Of a DNA stretch of 64,000 nucleotides, positions 50,900 through 63,192 are shown piece by piece. Position numbers and translations under genes: made by a program. Source of the stretch: Podarcis gaigeae. Taxonomy: Eukaryota. The notes beneath the pieces were generated by a model that did not search any database, was not told where the DNA came from, and saw nothing but the letters and a program-made list of their open reading frames with translations. Each line of letters begins with the position of its first letter. Within the stretch, counting starts at the first letter, position 1. The DNA lies in NCBI GenBank assembly GCA_964106915.2, contig OZ066923.1; one strand, 5' to 3'.

Positions 50900-51515
50900 C
50901 AAGACACGATACAGAAGTGCTTAGGCAGAATAATAGTAGACTCTTCACTTGAGCATGGTACATTAAGGCTTGAATCCATTGTGCCTAAAATATTCTCAGA
51001 TTGACAATCCAGTGCATGCTTTCCGAAATGGCTATTTGTACAAGATTTGGTTGATAAAGAGATTCTTAGGAGTAAATCGCATACCCGATATATAAATTAT
51101 CATATGAATGACAAAAGTCTTTTGATACCTCTTATTATGATCCGCAACAAAAGTACAAGACCCTTATAATTCTCACAGTTCAGGCTGTATCAAGTTAATG
51201 GCATCAACTGATAATGGCCTCCCATTCTTGAAATTCTGCAAACTTTGGGCAATTAGGTTCGGGAATTTTAGTCCTTAATGTGAGTGGTCTATTTGCCATG
51301 TACCTGCCAGGGTTTGGGAGAACCATTTTAAAGCCGTCTTTAACCATCGTCAAAAGGTTCCTATAAAATGGTTCCTATAACTTGCAGCTATATCTGCCTC
51401 CTGGTATTCCTGAATGGACAATCAACAGGTCCAGATGATATATGAAACAACATCAACCTCTTGGTTGGCTACTCTTCTTTCACTTATTGATAAATCTGGA
51501 TTATTTCCCCACTTA
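50900..51515 (+). mobile_element. Highly degraded non-LTR retrotransposon ORF2 fragment
   Basis: Broken peptides WHQLIMAS..NSANF, VWENHFKAVFN, TGPDDI, WLATLLSLIDKSGLFP in the order expected for the pre-RT region of LINE ORF2; boundaries approximate. Confidence 0.4.
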
Positions 51516-51903
51516 TTAATAAAATGAGACTGAAAGCAATCTTGTGTGTGTGGTACAATTTTATGATGGTATGATGGTGTCTTTATGAGTGCGTGTTTCT
51601 GTATGCGCGCATGCACACGAGAGAAAAATGGAATTATGTGTATGCTTGCTGTGTGTGTGCTGGTGAAGAAGGTAGAGCTGGAGGAGTGAATATCCTGAGC
51701 AGGGATAAATTGGGATACAAGAGACGATGGAAGACAAGGTCCTGGAGAGCTTTGAAGGGACAAGAAGCGTGTGCAGGATCTGGGAGCGGACAGGAAACTA
51801 GTGCAGGGATCTGAGGCAGGGCTTGTCCCATGATTTCCTACTTTTACCTCTGTTCATTTCATCTTTTCCTATTTCTCCAGGCCCCTTTCTCTCAGATGGG
51901 GAG

Positions 51904-52253
51904 ATGCCAGACAGCTGGAACACATCTTCAGACAGCGTAGAAGCACGAACTGCAGGCATTGTTGTGCCGGTGGTCTTCTCCCTCATCTTCTTCGTGGGCA
52001 CAGTAGGGAACGGCTTGGTGCTGGCTGTGCTGCTGCGCAATGGACAGGTGAAATACAACACCACCAACCTGTTCATCCTTAACCTGGCGGTGGCGGACCT
52101 GTGCTTCATTGTCTTCTGTGTCCCCTTCCAGGCCACCATCTACACGCTGGATGGGTGGCTCTTTGGTGCCTTTGCCTGCAAGGCAGTGCACTTTCTCATC
52201 TACCTCACCATGTATGCCAGCAGTTTCACCCTGGCAGCTGTCTCTGTGGACAG
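51904..52253 (+). CDS. GALR3: Galanin receptor type 3 (galr2b-like) coding exon 1, TM1-TM3
   Basis: [77 protein letters not shown]; intron splits the DRY arginine (AG|gtaaat), as in GALR2/3. Confidence 0.92.
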
Positions 52254-52968
52254 GTAAATACAAGCACTCCTCCTCTCTGGCATCTCTCCCTCTCTGTCCT
52301 CCAAACCAATATATTGCTTGATCAATGGAAGGATCCTACTTCTTCCATAGGAAGGAGTAGAGGACAAAGGACCTTGCTCCTTTGAATACCTTTCAGGGAT
52401 GGGAGAGAAATTTGATCCACTTTGCATTTAAAGGTGAACCTACCAAATTTGCGCTTGGGAACAGAAACACAGCTCTGTTTCCAAAGTCACGCTTTTCTGA
52501 ATTTTGCAGTCAGTTTTCCAGCGTACAGAGATGCATATACTAAAGTAAAGTGTGTATTAAAATGCACACATCACCAAAAATAGCATTGTATTAGGGAAGA
52601 TTGGTTATAAGAAAAGATTGCATGGAAAAATATTTATAGCAGGAGAAATTTTCACTAAAATGCTGATGAATTTCCATGATGATTTAAAATAAATGAATGA
52701 ATCTTAAATTGCTGCAAACTGTGGAGAGCTGAATTTGATACCAGAAAAATGAAAGATCCTTCCAAACCTGCTCCACATACATTTTCTCAATACCCTTCTC
52801 AAGTTTTCTCCATTCCTTTGTCCTTAACAACCTAATCCCACTTATCACCTCTTGCTGTTTCTGCATAGGGGGCACCTTAATAAATTTGTGCCTGAACATG
52901 CAGTCTCCCAGTTCACCTGGATTCTTGGCATTCCTCAGGCATATGTGTTTCTGCACTCAGTTTTCTGT

Positions 52969-53014
52969 ATTGAAGGAGGAAGGAAACACATTGAAGGAGG
53001 AAGGAAACACATTG
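52969..53014. repeat. 21-bp tandem duplication in the GALR3 intron
   Basis: attgaaggaggaaggaaacac twice. Confidence 0.85.
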
Positions 53015-53476
53015 TACACATATGAAAAGCTTTGTGAATTATGGAAGCTCTTCCTAGATCTGCATAAGTTGTTGTGGGCCCCAATTTGGAGTTTTCGTTG
53101 GCAGTTTAAGCTTAAGGAGTTTTGGGAAGACCCTAGAAAATAACTCTGTTGGCTTGTCACCAAGGTCACATCCTCACCAGGCATTTAAAGCACATAGCCT
53201 CCCTCAAAGAATCATGGGAACCATAGTTTACCCCCTCACAGAGCTACCATTCCCAACACACTCAATAAACAACACTTCCCAGGATTCTTTGGGGGAAGTC
53301 ATGTGCTTTTTCAACATATGGTATGGCTGTGACCCAAGATAATATGTGGAAATGAGAATAAGGAGGTCAGGCACTGAAGCAACCAGAGGAAAGGGAAGGT
53401 GATGTTTTTTGGGCTTCTCAAAATTTATTGTGTTCAAGAAACTAACCCCTTTACCCCACACCCACTCTGCTTCCAG

Positions 53477-54347
53477 GTATCTGGCTATCCGTTACCCCCT
53501 GAAATCCCGGGATCTCCGGACCTCTCGCAATGCAGCTCTTGCCATTGTAATGATCTGGACGCTGTCGCTGCTTTTTGCAGGGCCGTATCTCAGCTACTAC
53601 CAAATAGTCCACTACCAGGAGGTGCCCATCTGTGTCCCTATTTGGGAGGACCAGCGCCGAAAGATCTTGGACATCCTCACCTTCGTATTTGGCTACGTCC
53701 TCCCAGTCTTTGTTGTCAGCCTGGCTTACGCTAGGACCATTAAGTTCTTGTGGACTGCTGTAGATCCCATTGAGAGGATCTCGGAGTCCCGTAAAGCCAA
53801 GCGCAGGGTCACCAAGATGATCATAGCAGTGGCCGTCCTCTTCTGCCTGTGCTGGCTGCCCCACCACCTAGTGATCTTGTGCTTCTGGTTTGGCTATTTC
53901 CCCTTTAATCGGGCCACCTACGCCTGCCGCTTGGCTTCCCATTGCCTGTCCTACGCCAATTCTTGCCTCAACCCAATTGTCTACGCTCTCATCTCCAAGC
54001 ACTTCCGCAAGAGATTCAAGCAGGTCTTCACCTGCCTCCTCATCCAGGACAAGAACAAGAAGAGGCAAGCAGGCAACAAGGTCCACGTAGCCAATGTCAA
54101 CAATGGTTTAGCCAACCATACGGCAGGCTTCTGTGGAGGGAACACAGAGGTAACCCAACTCCATGAGGAAAATATCCGATGCTACCAGGGCCTGTTGCTG
54201 AAAGAAACTGAAGGGGGGGTGCCTGAGGCATGGTCTCATCAGTTAGAAGACACAGCCATCTCGGATCAGAGAGAGCTAATGAATGAAGAAGGTTCTGGGG
54301 CAACTGACAACAATCAACTGGCTGTGACAACACACGAGGGACTGTAA
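53477..54347 (+). CDS. GALR3: GALR3 coding exon 2, TM4-TM7 and C-terminal tail; 406 aa in total
   Basis: ttccag|G TAT; CWLPHHLVILCFWFG..ATYACRLASHCLSYANSCLNPIVY. ATYACRLASHCL is GALR3-type and the position downstream of GCAT is the GALR3 locus. Confidence 0.92.
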
Positions 54348-54779
54348 CCTACTAATTATCCATGGCAGATGATTTAAATGGAGGGCAGTGCCTCTTAGCA
54401 TCACAGTCCTACCCCCATCAGCATCAGATGTGGAATGGGTTGGCTTTAGATAGCTTTTCTCAAAACACACAAACTACCCAGAATTTCTCAATGAGAATGT
54501 CAATGTTTCCCAGCCGAGACTGCATTTTAATGGTTCCATTTACACCCTGTCCTTGGGTAATGGCTACAAAAACTATTAATGAAGCCACCAAATGGTTGTA
54601 GAAATAAGGGGTGCATAGAGATGTACCCAGCAGTGAAGGGATGGTCAGTTGGGTCAGAGAATTTATTAATGTCTCTTGACAAAAGTGGGTGGTCCCAGAC
54701 TAGCTAATGGCGATGGCAGTAAAACATGAAAAAGCCATCCCTAGATCTGGAAGATCTAGCTGAATAGCTACAAACTGGT

Positions 54780-56060
54780 GGCAAACAACCTCTTTCTCGG
54801 CAAAGTTCTTCAGCGGGTAGTTGCTGCCCAGATCCAGGCATGCTTGGATGAGACTGCTTTTCTGGATCCAATTCAGTCAGGTTTCAGGCACTGAAACAAC
54901 ACTGGGCACCCTGTATGATTACCTTTATCAGGAGAGAGATGGGAGAAGGGTGATGCTGTTCTTCCCTTTGAACTCTGGTTTGCTTTTGATACCATTGAGC
55001 ATGGTATCCTTCTGGACCTTATGTCAGAATGGAAAGTGGGTGTCACTGTTTTGTGGCGGTTCCTCTCCTGTTTGGGTGGTCCACTTCAAAAAGGGATGCT
55101 TAGAATTATTGTTCAGTCCTGTGGAGCCTTCATTGTGGGGTTTCACAGGGATTCATCATATCCCTCCATGGATTTACTGAATCAGTGCCTGGTTGCAGTA
55201 AACAACTGGATGAGGGAAAACAACTGAAACTCAATCCAGTTAAAACAAAATAATTCCCCCCCCTTCCAGTAGCACCTTAGAGACCAACTAAGTTTGTTAT
55301 TGGTATGAGCCTTTGTGTGCACTTTTTGGAGTGGACCACCCAAACAGGAGAGGAACCGCCGCAAAACAGTGACACCCACTTTGCTGGAAGGATTTCCCCC
55401 GCCCCCTGACTATGGCAGACCAACATGGCTACCTACCTGTAACTCAATCCAGCTAAGTCAGAGATACTGCTACTAGGTGGTTCCTTGGTCCAGGTAGGTG
55501 ATGTGCAACTGGATCTCCCCACTGTATAATCAGATGCACAGATTGGGGATACTCTTTGTTCCGTTGCTGTGACCGGAGATGCAAATGGCATAGAATGCCT
55601 TCTTTCAGCTCTACCTGTCAGCCCAGCTATGACATATGGCTGGATTACTGCAATGCATTGTATGTGGAGCTGCCTTCGACAATGGTTTGGGGAAACTGCA
55701 GCTGGGGCAAAATTCAGCAGCCAGTTTATTGGTGGAGACCAGGTGCTTTGAACATGTAACACCAATTCTGGCTTGATTACAGAGGATACCAATGTGTTTC
55801 TTGGTTCAATTCAAAGTGCTGATTCTGACTTGTAAAGCCTTATACAGATTGGGATCCCATTTTCTACAAGACCCCTCTTCCCATACGAGCCTGACTGGAG
55901 CCTGAGGTCATCATCAGAGGCCTTATTCTGTGTTGTCCAGAAAGAGGTAAGAACAGGTCTTCTCAGTACTGGCTCCCACATTTGTGAGGTGCTTTCCCCA
56001 GAGTGGCTTGCCTGGCATCAACACCAATGTATTTCCATTGCCAGATGAAGCTGTCCTTTC
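54780..56060 (+). mobile_element. Old L2-like LINE RT fragment, interrupted by a Penelope-like insert
   Basis: Broken motifs SGTETTL, AFDTIEHGILL, VNNWMREN-LKLNP, LDYCNALYVELP, FKVL. Confidence 0.7.
55245..55444 (+). mobile_element. Second, rearranged Penelope-like short element
   Basis: ccttccagtagcaccttagagaccaactaag...ggtatgagc and terminus gactatggcagaccaacatggctacctacctgtaact match 5684-5924; flanking repeat aactcaatccag(t/c)taa. Confidence 0.75.
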
Positions 56061-56568
56061 TTCTCCTGGGCAGTATTAATTTCTGCAGCAGTTGATGGTA
56101 TTTTAGCTAGTTAATTCTTTGGTGGGGAGCATGGAGTGGGGGCGGGATTTGTTATTTTGGGGTGGTTGTTGTTGTTGAGGAACATCAACACTTTTTTGAT
56201 GTTGCTACAAGTATTATAACTGGTTTTAAACATTTTTGTACCGTGTGCTGCTATTTTTGTAAGTTGCTTTTGAGATGTTCTGTGGAAAGTGACTGATAAA
56301 TTCAATAAATAATGATAATAAAAGCAAAAATACCTGGAAAGAGAAGAGGTTGTTGAGGTTTTTGTTTGCTTGATCAGCCCCTTCCTGCACTGATACATGT
56401 ACATCCTGTGGATTGCTGTTTCCTCTTTGCCCCACCATCTCTGTCTTCAGACATGTCTGCTTTGTTTCCTCCCCTCCCCACAAGAGACCACATGTCTATT
56501 GAACCAAAAATTTGTTCAGTGCTTTTATTTTATATTTTTAAAGACTCTCTGCAACACCGGGTTTGTGC

Positions 56569-56823
56569 TGAGCCAGTGTGGTATAGTGGTTAAGAGCAGT
56601 GGACTCGTAATCTGGGGAACCGGGTTCGCGTCTCCGCTCCTCCACATGCAGCTGCTGGGTGACCTTGGGCCAGTCACGCTTCTCTGAAGTCTCTCAGCCC
56701 CACTCACCTCACAGAGTGTTTGTTGTGGGGGAGGAAGGGAAAGGAGATTGTTAGCTGCTTTGAGACTCCTGAAGGGGAATGAAAGGCGGGATATCAAATC
56801 CAAACTCCTCTTCTTCTTCTTCT
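56569..56823 (+). mobile_element. Squam3-like tRNA-derived SINE
   Basis: gagccagtgtggtatagtggttaagag head, (CTT)n tail. Confidence 0.8.
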
Positions 56824-57549
56824 GTTCTGAGAAGTGAGGAAGTTGGCTTTCAGAGTGACACGGGGGATGGCTGATAGCACAAATCTTGCTCCTGCTGAAA
56901 GCCAGAACACAGACCCATTGCGTGCATCCCCCAGTCCCTTACAAGAATATGCCTACTATGGGCTCCATATGCCCTTTTTTCTTGTGCATTTGTGATTATT
57001 TGTGCTCATGACAGAATCAAGGTGGTTATACATGATCCCACTGTCCAACTGTTTATGCTTGCAAAAGTTTTGAGGCGGGCACACTGCTTCATTTCCAAAT
57101 GATTTGTGTCCCATAGTTTCCTGCTGAAATCCTGTAACTTTTCATACTTCAAACGTTCTGGGTTTGTGTGCCCTGCTTTTGCAGCACTATAGTGTAAGAA
57201 TGTCAGGTTCACAAGAATGCAATAACATGGGGAAAGCATCACCAAAGAACTATGAAAGCAGAATGATGGAAGGATGGTCCAGTATAAACCCACCACTAAT
57301 GTACTATTATCTCACCAGTGATACATTGCAGCCTGCGAGAAAGATACCAATCAGGAGGGACCCAGAGGTGCTGAAGGATTCAGGCTCAGAGCTTGAACAT
57401 TTGAGGGGGGGCAAGGAGAAATTTCAGGGGAATAGGAAAGGAAAGTGTGTCTTCCCCACTCTTGCTGCTGTATGTGTGCATGTACCATGCTGAGCATGTT
57501 TGCTTGGGAGTAGAGTCTTTTGTCAGATTCAGGAGTATGCATTTAAGTA

Positions 57550-57817
57550 CAGTGGTGCCCCGCAAGATGAATGCCTTGCAAGACGAAAAACCCGCTAGAC
57601 GAAAGAGTTTTCCGTTTTTGAGGTGCTTCGCAAGACGAATTTTCCTATGGGCTTGCTTCACAAGACGAAAACGTCTTGCGAGTTCTTGCAAGTTTTTTCC
57701 CCTCCCCCCCTTTTTCTAAGCCGCTAAGCCGCTAATGGCCGTGCTTCGCAAGACGAAAAAACCGCTAGACGAAGAGACTCGCGGAACGAATTATTTTTGT
57801 TATGCGAGGCACCACTG
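57550..57817. mobile_element. Tc1/mariner-like MITE with internal gcaagacgaaa repeats
   Basis: cagtggtgccccgca / tgcgaggcaccactg TIRs, TA flanks. Confidence 0.82.
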
Positions 57818-57889
57818 TAAGCATGTTTAGAATCACACTTTGGGTTCAGATCAATGCAGCTAGCTTCCAAGTAGACATGGTTAGAACAA

Positions 57890-59410
57890 GATTGGTAGAT
57901 CAGGGGAAAGCTGTGGTCATAGTGTATCTTGACTTTTGCCAAAGTCTCCCATGGCATTCTTGTGAGGAAGCTGGTAAAATGTGGGTTGAACGAGGTAACT
58001 GTTAGGTGGATTTGTAGCTGGTTGACTTATCGAACCCAAAGAGTACTCATGGTTCCTTGTCATCCTGGAAAAAAGAGATAAGTGGGGTGTCACAGAGTTC
58101 TGTCCTGGGCCTGTTGTTCAACGTCTTTATAAATGACTAGGATGAAGGAATTGAGGGGATACTCATCAAATTTGCAAATGATACCAAACTAGGAGGGGTA
58201 GTTCATGCTGCAGAAAACAGTATCAGAATTCAAAGTGACATCAACAGACTGGAGAACTGGGCCCAAGCTAACAAAATGAATTTCAGTAGGGACAAATGTA
58301 AGGTTGTGAACTTAGGCAAGAAGAACCAGATGCACAAATATAAGATGGGGGACACCTGGCTTACTAGCAGTACCTGTGAAAAGGATCTAGGGGTCTTAGT
58401 GGACCGTAAGCTTGTCATGAGGCAACAGTGTGATGCAGCAGCAAAAAAAAAAAAGCTAATGCTATTCTATGCTGCATCAGCAGAAGTATAGTGTCCAGAA
58501 TCCAACAGTACCACTCTGGTCTGCCTTGGTCAGACCAAATCTGGAATGCTGTGTCCAGTTCTGGGCGCCATGATTTAAGAAGGATGTTGACAAGCTGGAA
58601 TGTGTGCAGAGGAGGGCAACCAAGATAATCAAGGGTCTGGAAACCAAGGCTTATGAGGAACAGTTGAAGGAGCTGGGTATGTTTAGCCTGGAAAAGAGGA
58701 GACAGAGAGATATAATAAAGGTAAAGGTAAAGGGACCCTTGACCATTAGGTCCAGTCGCAGATGATTCTGGGGTTGCGGCGCTCATCTCGCTTTACTGGC
58801 TGAGGGAGCCGGTGTACAGCTTCCGGGTCATGTGGCCAGCATGACTAAGCCGCTTCTGGCAAACCAGAGCAGCACACGGAAACGCCGTTTACCTTCCCAC
58901 TGGAGTGGTACCTATTTATCTACTTGCACTTGACATGCTTTCGGAGTGCCAGGTTGGCAGGAGCAGGGACCGAGCAATTGGAGCTCACCCCGTCGCGAGG
59001 ATTCGAACCGCCAACTTCTGATCGGCAAGTCCTAGGCTCTGTGGTTTAACCCACAGTGCCACCTGCGTCCCAAGAGATATAATAACCATCTTCAAAAATA
59101 TCTTAAGGGCAGCTACATGGAAGATGGAGGAAGCTTGTTTTCTCCTGCTCAAGAGGGTAAGACACAAGCCAATGGCTTCAAGTTACAAGAAAGGAGATTC
59201 CGACATCGGGAAGAACTTTCTGATTGTAAGAGCTGTCTGACAGTGGAAGAGACTCCCTTGGGAGGTGGTGGACTCTCCCTTCCTTGGGGGCTTTCATGCA
59301 AAGGTCCGATCACCATCTCTCATGGATGCTTTTTGTTGAGATTCCTGCATTGCAGAGGGTTGGACTAGATGACCCTTGGGGTCCCTTCCAGCTCTGATAC
59401 TATTATTCTA
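57890..59410 (+). mobile_element. CR1 LINE, RT/3' portion, degenerate
   Basis: LVDQGKAVVIVYLDF..KFANDTKLGG..MNFSRDKCKVVNLGKKNQMHKYKMGDTWLTSSTCEKDLGVLVD; 3' end ggactagatgacccttggggtcccttcc. Confidence 0.9.
58719..59071 (-). mobile_element. Sauria SINE nested in CR1
   Basis: Same head and tail as the other copies; TSD agagatataataa on both sides. Confidence 0.9.
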
Positions 59411-60900
59411 AGGCTTTTCATATGTGCAAGTGCTACGCATTGCAATTCAGTTCCTGCCTCCTCTGTCTTCTCTCTGAAAACTGCAGCATGATCATGGTGC
59501 ATTTGGAGGTTAATCCTTCGCTTCTTCCATTTTGCTGCTTTGTATTGGAGGGCCTCATTTTCAATCCTGTTCCTACTAAGCCCTAACCAGAAAGAAAGCT
59601 GGCAGCTCATATAAATAGCTTATTATTCCAATTTTACCCTGGGAGCTATGGCTCAACAGAATAACTGTGAAGCTTGAGGGGAAGGGGGGATATGGAAACC
59701 TTCCTGCTTTTCTTACATTTTGTTGTTGTCATTCCAACTCTCTGCTGGTTGATGGAAACAGAAGCTACAGACGGAAAAGGTCTAATCACTCATGAGGCTG
59801 ACCTTTCCACTAGCCATCTCCCCACTCAGATTCGTTCTGAAGGCCGCGTTGAACGCTTGGCTCACAGGCTAGAAAGAGGCAGGCAATATTTTTATGACAG
59901 CTGAAAGTTGCTTGAGACTTTGGTTCCTGAGGTTGCACACATCTAGTTCTTTTGTCCCACTGCTGACGACGTTCATATAGGTTGTCTGGGTTTTGGAAAC
60001 AACGCAAAAGCTTTCCAAATCTGCTGTGGCAAAAGTAGAGTGAAAAGTAATCCCTTTTCCAAATCGCCTTCAGTTTGCTGAAAATGCAATCATCTGTCCT
60101 CCGCCTACATTTTAATGTCCCCAGCCTGTTCCTGTGCACACAATATTGCTTACTTCGCATCCCGGTGTGTTCTCAGTGCTAGTTTTTGGAGTTGCATTCA
60201 CATGGTGTTAGCCACAATCTATGTCAAACCTATTCTTCCTGTTGTTGTTGACATCTGTCTTCAGAGACAATGGAGTGCACCTCCACAGGTGAAGTCAAAC
60301 TGCTGCATTAGTAGCACTGACGTGACCTCCCTGGGGCACAAACCCGGACGGTGTATATGGAGGTCCTGGGTTGCCCAGATGACAAGATCATCTCAGCCTC
60401 ACTGATGTGGTCCAAAGGAAAGCAGAGCAATATATTTGGCACGAGCTTGGCTTGTAGGAGTTGCTGCAAGGAGGTGTGCAATACGTCATCCAACCATCTT
60501 AGGGACCCCACTCTGGATTTGTGTAGTGTTTGCTCCCTTAGCCTTTTCTTCTCCCAAAGATACCCTGCAAAGCATGGAGGTTTAGGATTAAAGTTTTCCT
60601 TCTCCTAAATGGGCTACCTTCCCAAGTTGACAAGCCGCATCTGCCCCTGTAGTTTCTTGACAAATACGGCTGTTTGATGCACACCCCCCCCCCCTCAAAC
60701 CAGCATCACTCTGCCTAGAAAAGTTAAGCCTCTTTTGCTTTGTATTTGAGCCAGGTGTGCACATTTAAGACAGCCATTGCAAATGCACAAATAAACACCG
60801 ATGTGCAGGTGACAACTTTGTGAACAGGAGTTTGGTGGGAGGTGTTCAGGAGCAGGGAAACCAAATAAGTCAGTTAGACATACTGAGGAGCTTCCTCTAT

Positions 60901-61209
60901 GACCCTCATTCACACTAAACTTTGAAAGCACTATGATACCACTTTAAACACTCGTGGCTTCCCCCAAAGAATTGTGGGAGTTGTTCTTTGTTAAGGGTGC
61001 TGGGAGCTGTTGGGAGACTACAATTCCCAGAATTCCTTGTAAAGAGCAATTGATTGATAAACCCCCTCAGGGACCCCAATAGGGGAATAGGGGTTCCCTA
61101 ACAGCTCCCAGCACCCTTAACAAAGAACAGCCCCCATAATTCTTTGGAGGAAGCCATGAGTGTTTAAAGTGGTATCATAGTGCTTTAAATATACAGTGCA
61201 GATGGGTTC
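60901..61209. mobile_element. Long fold-back MITE (possibly Harbinger-type)
   Basis: About 90-bp inverted arms: aaagcactatgataccactttaaacactc...gggagctgtt versus aacagctccc...gagtgtttaaagtggtatcatagtgcttt. Confidence 0.78.
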
Positions 61210-61238
61210 TAGGTGAGGTATAACTCATGCTTCTATCC

Positions 61239-61560
61239 CAGGGGTCGGCAACCTAAGGCCCATGGGGGTCGTTTAACTGGCCCATGGACCCCCGCCGCCT
61301 GATTGGGGAGTCCCAACACCCGCTCAGTCGCCTCCTGTGCGCCGTGCTAAACCGGAGTGGAGCAGAGTGGGGACCGCCTTCCACGATGCTGGCTGGCTTC
61401 CCATTGGCTGCAAGAAGCTCCTGCAGCCAATGGGAAGCTGCACACGCCTCCTCTGCGCCAAAAGGAGCACCAGAAACAGCATTTGTGCATGCATGCGCAC
61501 ATACTCTGGCCCACCGTGGCATCTGCAGGACCGTGAACTGGCCCAAGCCCCAAAAACTTC
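61239..61560. mobile_element. hAT/Charlie-like non-autonomous element
   Basis: caggggtcggcaacctaaggccc left end typical of hAT MITEs; right end uncertain. Confidence 0.5.
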
Positions 61561-62031
61561 GCCTACCCCTGTTCTATCCTCTGCCTATGTGGAGTGGGAG
61601 GTGGGCAAGCCAGCCTGCCATCTGGGATTCAGTGTTGTAACTGGAACTGAGAGACACAGAGGCTTAGCTTGTTCTCCGTGATAAACCAAAGCTATCGCTT
61701 GGGTTTCTCCCCACCTTCCCCCCCCCCCAATGATTAGGAGCAAGACCTCTTGGATGGAGCCTTCCACCTCACACTAAGGCTATATGTCTGTGTAAACAAA
61801 CATTACATCTTAAGAAATGGTATTGGTGTTCACTGCAGCGACCTTAATTCCAGGGAAACCAAAACCAAGATAGACACTGGATCAGATCCCCAAGACCTCT
61901 CGTCATCAGAGAACAGTATGTGCACATCCATATGAAGGTAACAGGCTCTGTGCAGTTGTTCAAACAGCATTTTGTAGGCAAGCATGCTAAAGAAAAATGT
62001 AGCATATTTTTTATATTTGGGTGGCCATGTA

Positions 62032-62220
62032 CAGTGGTACCTCGGGTTAAGAACCTTCTTAACCTGAAGCACCACTTTAGCTAATGGGGTCTCCTGCTGC
62101 TGCTGTGCCGCCGGAGCACGATTTCTGTTCTCATCCTGAAGCAAAGTGCTTAACCCGAGGTATTATTTCTGGGTTAGCGGAGTCTGTAACCTGAAGCATC
62201 TGTAACCCGAGGTACCACTG
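62032..62220. mobile_element. Tc1/mariner (Tigger-like) MITE
   Basis: cagtggtacctcgggtta / taacccgaggtaccactg TIRs, TA flanks. Confidence 0.87.
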
Positions 62221-63192
62221 TATATATCACCAAAAATAACAAATTAATCATCATAAAAGGACACAAATTCGCCTAAAATTTGCATATGCTAAGATATAGA
62301 TTTTGAAACAGAAGTAAAGAAGAGGAATGCATGGTTTTAAAAAGAACAAAAGAAGACTCAGATTTGCATAACATTTCTATGTTCCTATCTGCATATACCA
62401 CATTTGCATATATGCATATTTAGAAATAATTACTGTCAGGAGTAGGAGTAGCAATAAAACCACCAGTGTCAGTGAAGTTAACACTTTATTCAAAGAAACC
62501 AAAACAGCATAGGCCTAGTGAGAACAGCAACTCTTCCTAATAGGCCTTGGCCCCAATGAGACAGTTGTGAGGACTCAAGGTCCCCACCTTCCCACTGGTC
62601 TCTAAGGCTCCTCTCCTGGGACTCAGCTATACACCTGCAAATAAAGCATTTAAAATGTGTTTTAAAGTGCGATATACAAATGTGGCACTAGATGGCGATA
62701 GTGAGCTATGCAAAATTCAATGTATTTTTCAAAAAAAAAAAAGCATTTTCACAGTGTTTTTTTATATATGTGTGTAGATTCCACCTCAGTTCCTTCCCAA
62801 GCAACCCAAAGCTCTGCTGCCTTGTATCATGTTGCTCTGCCCTCTTCAAAACCCTTTGGATTCTGGGAGACCAGGGGGAGAGGGCAGCTGGTTACAGCAA
62901 GAAGGAGAGACTCCCTGGATTCTTCAGCAGCCTGCTGCATCTCTGTCTCCTAGCCCTCCTCCTGTCCTGCCTGTGTGTGCCTCTCATTCCAGATGGCTGT
63001 CACTGTAGTGGGCTGTGACCAGATGATGGATTTACCTCTGTCTGTTGTCCAGGCTCTGACTGCTGATAAGCAATTCCAAGGCTTCTTGGTGTTCTTTATC
63101 TTCAAATTGGACAGCTGTTCAAACAGAGGTCTGTACTCTGCAAAATAAGATACAGTGCAACCCTATTGTATGTATTTCCCCCCTGTTCTTCC

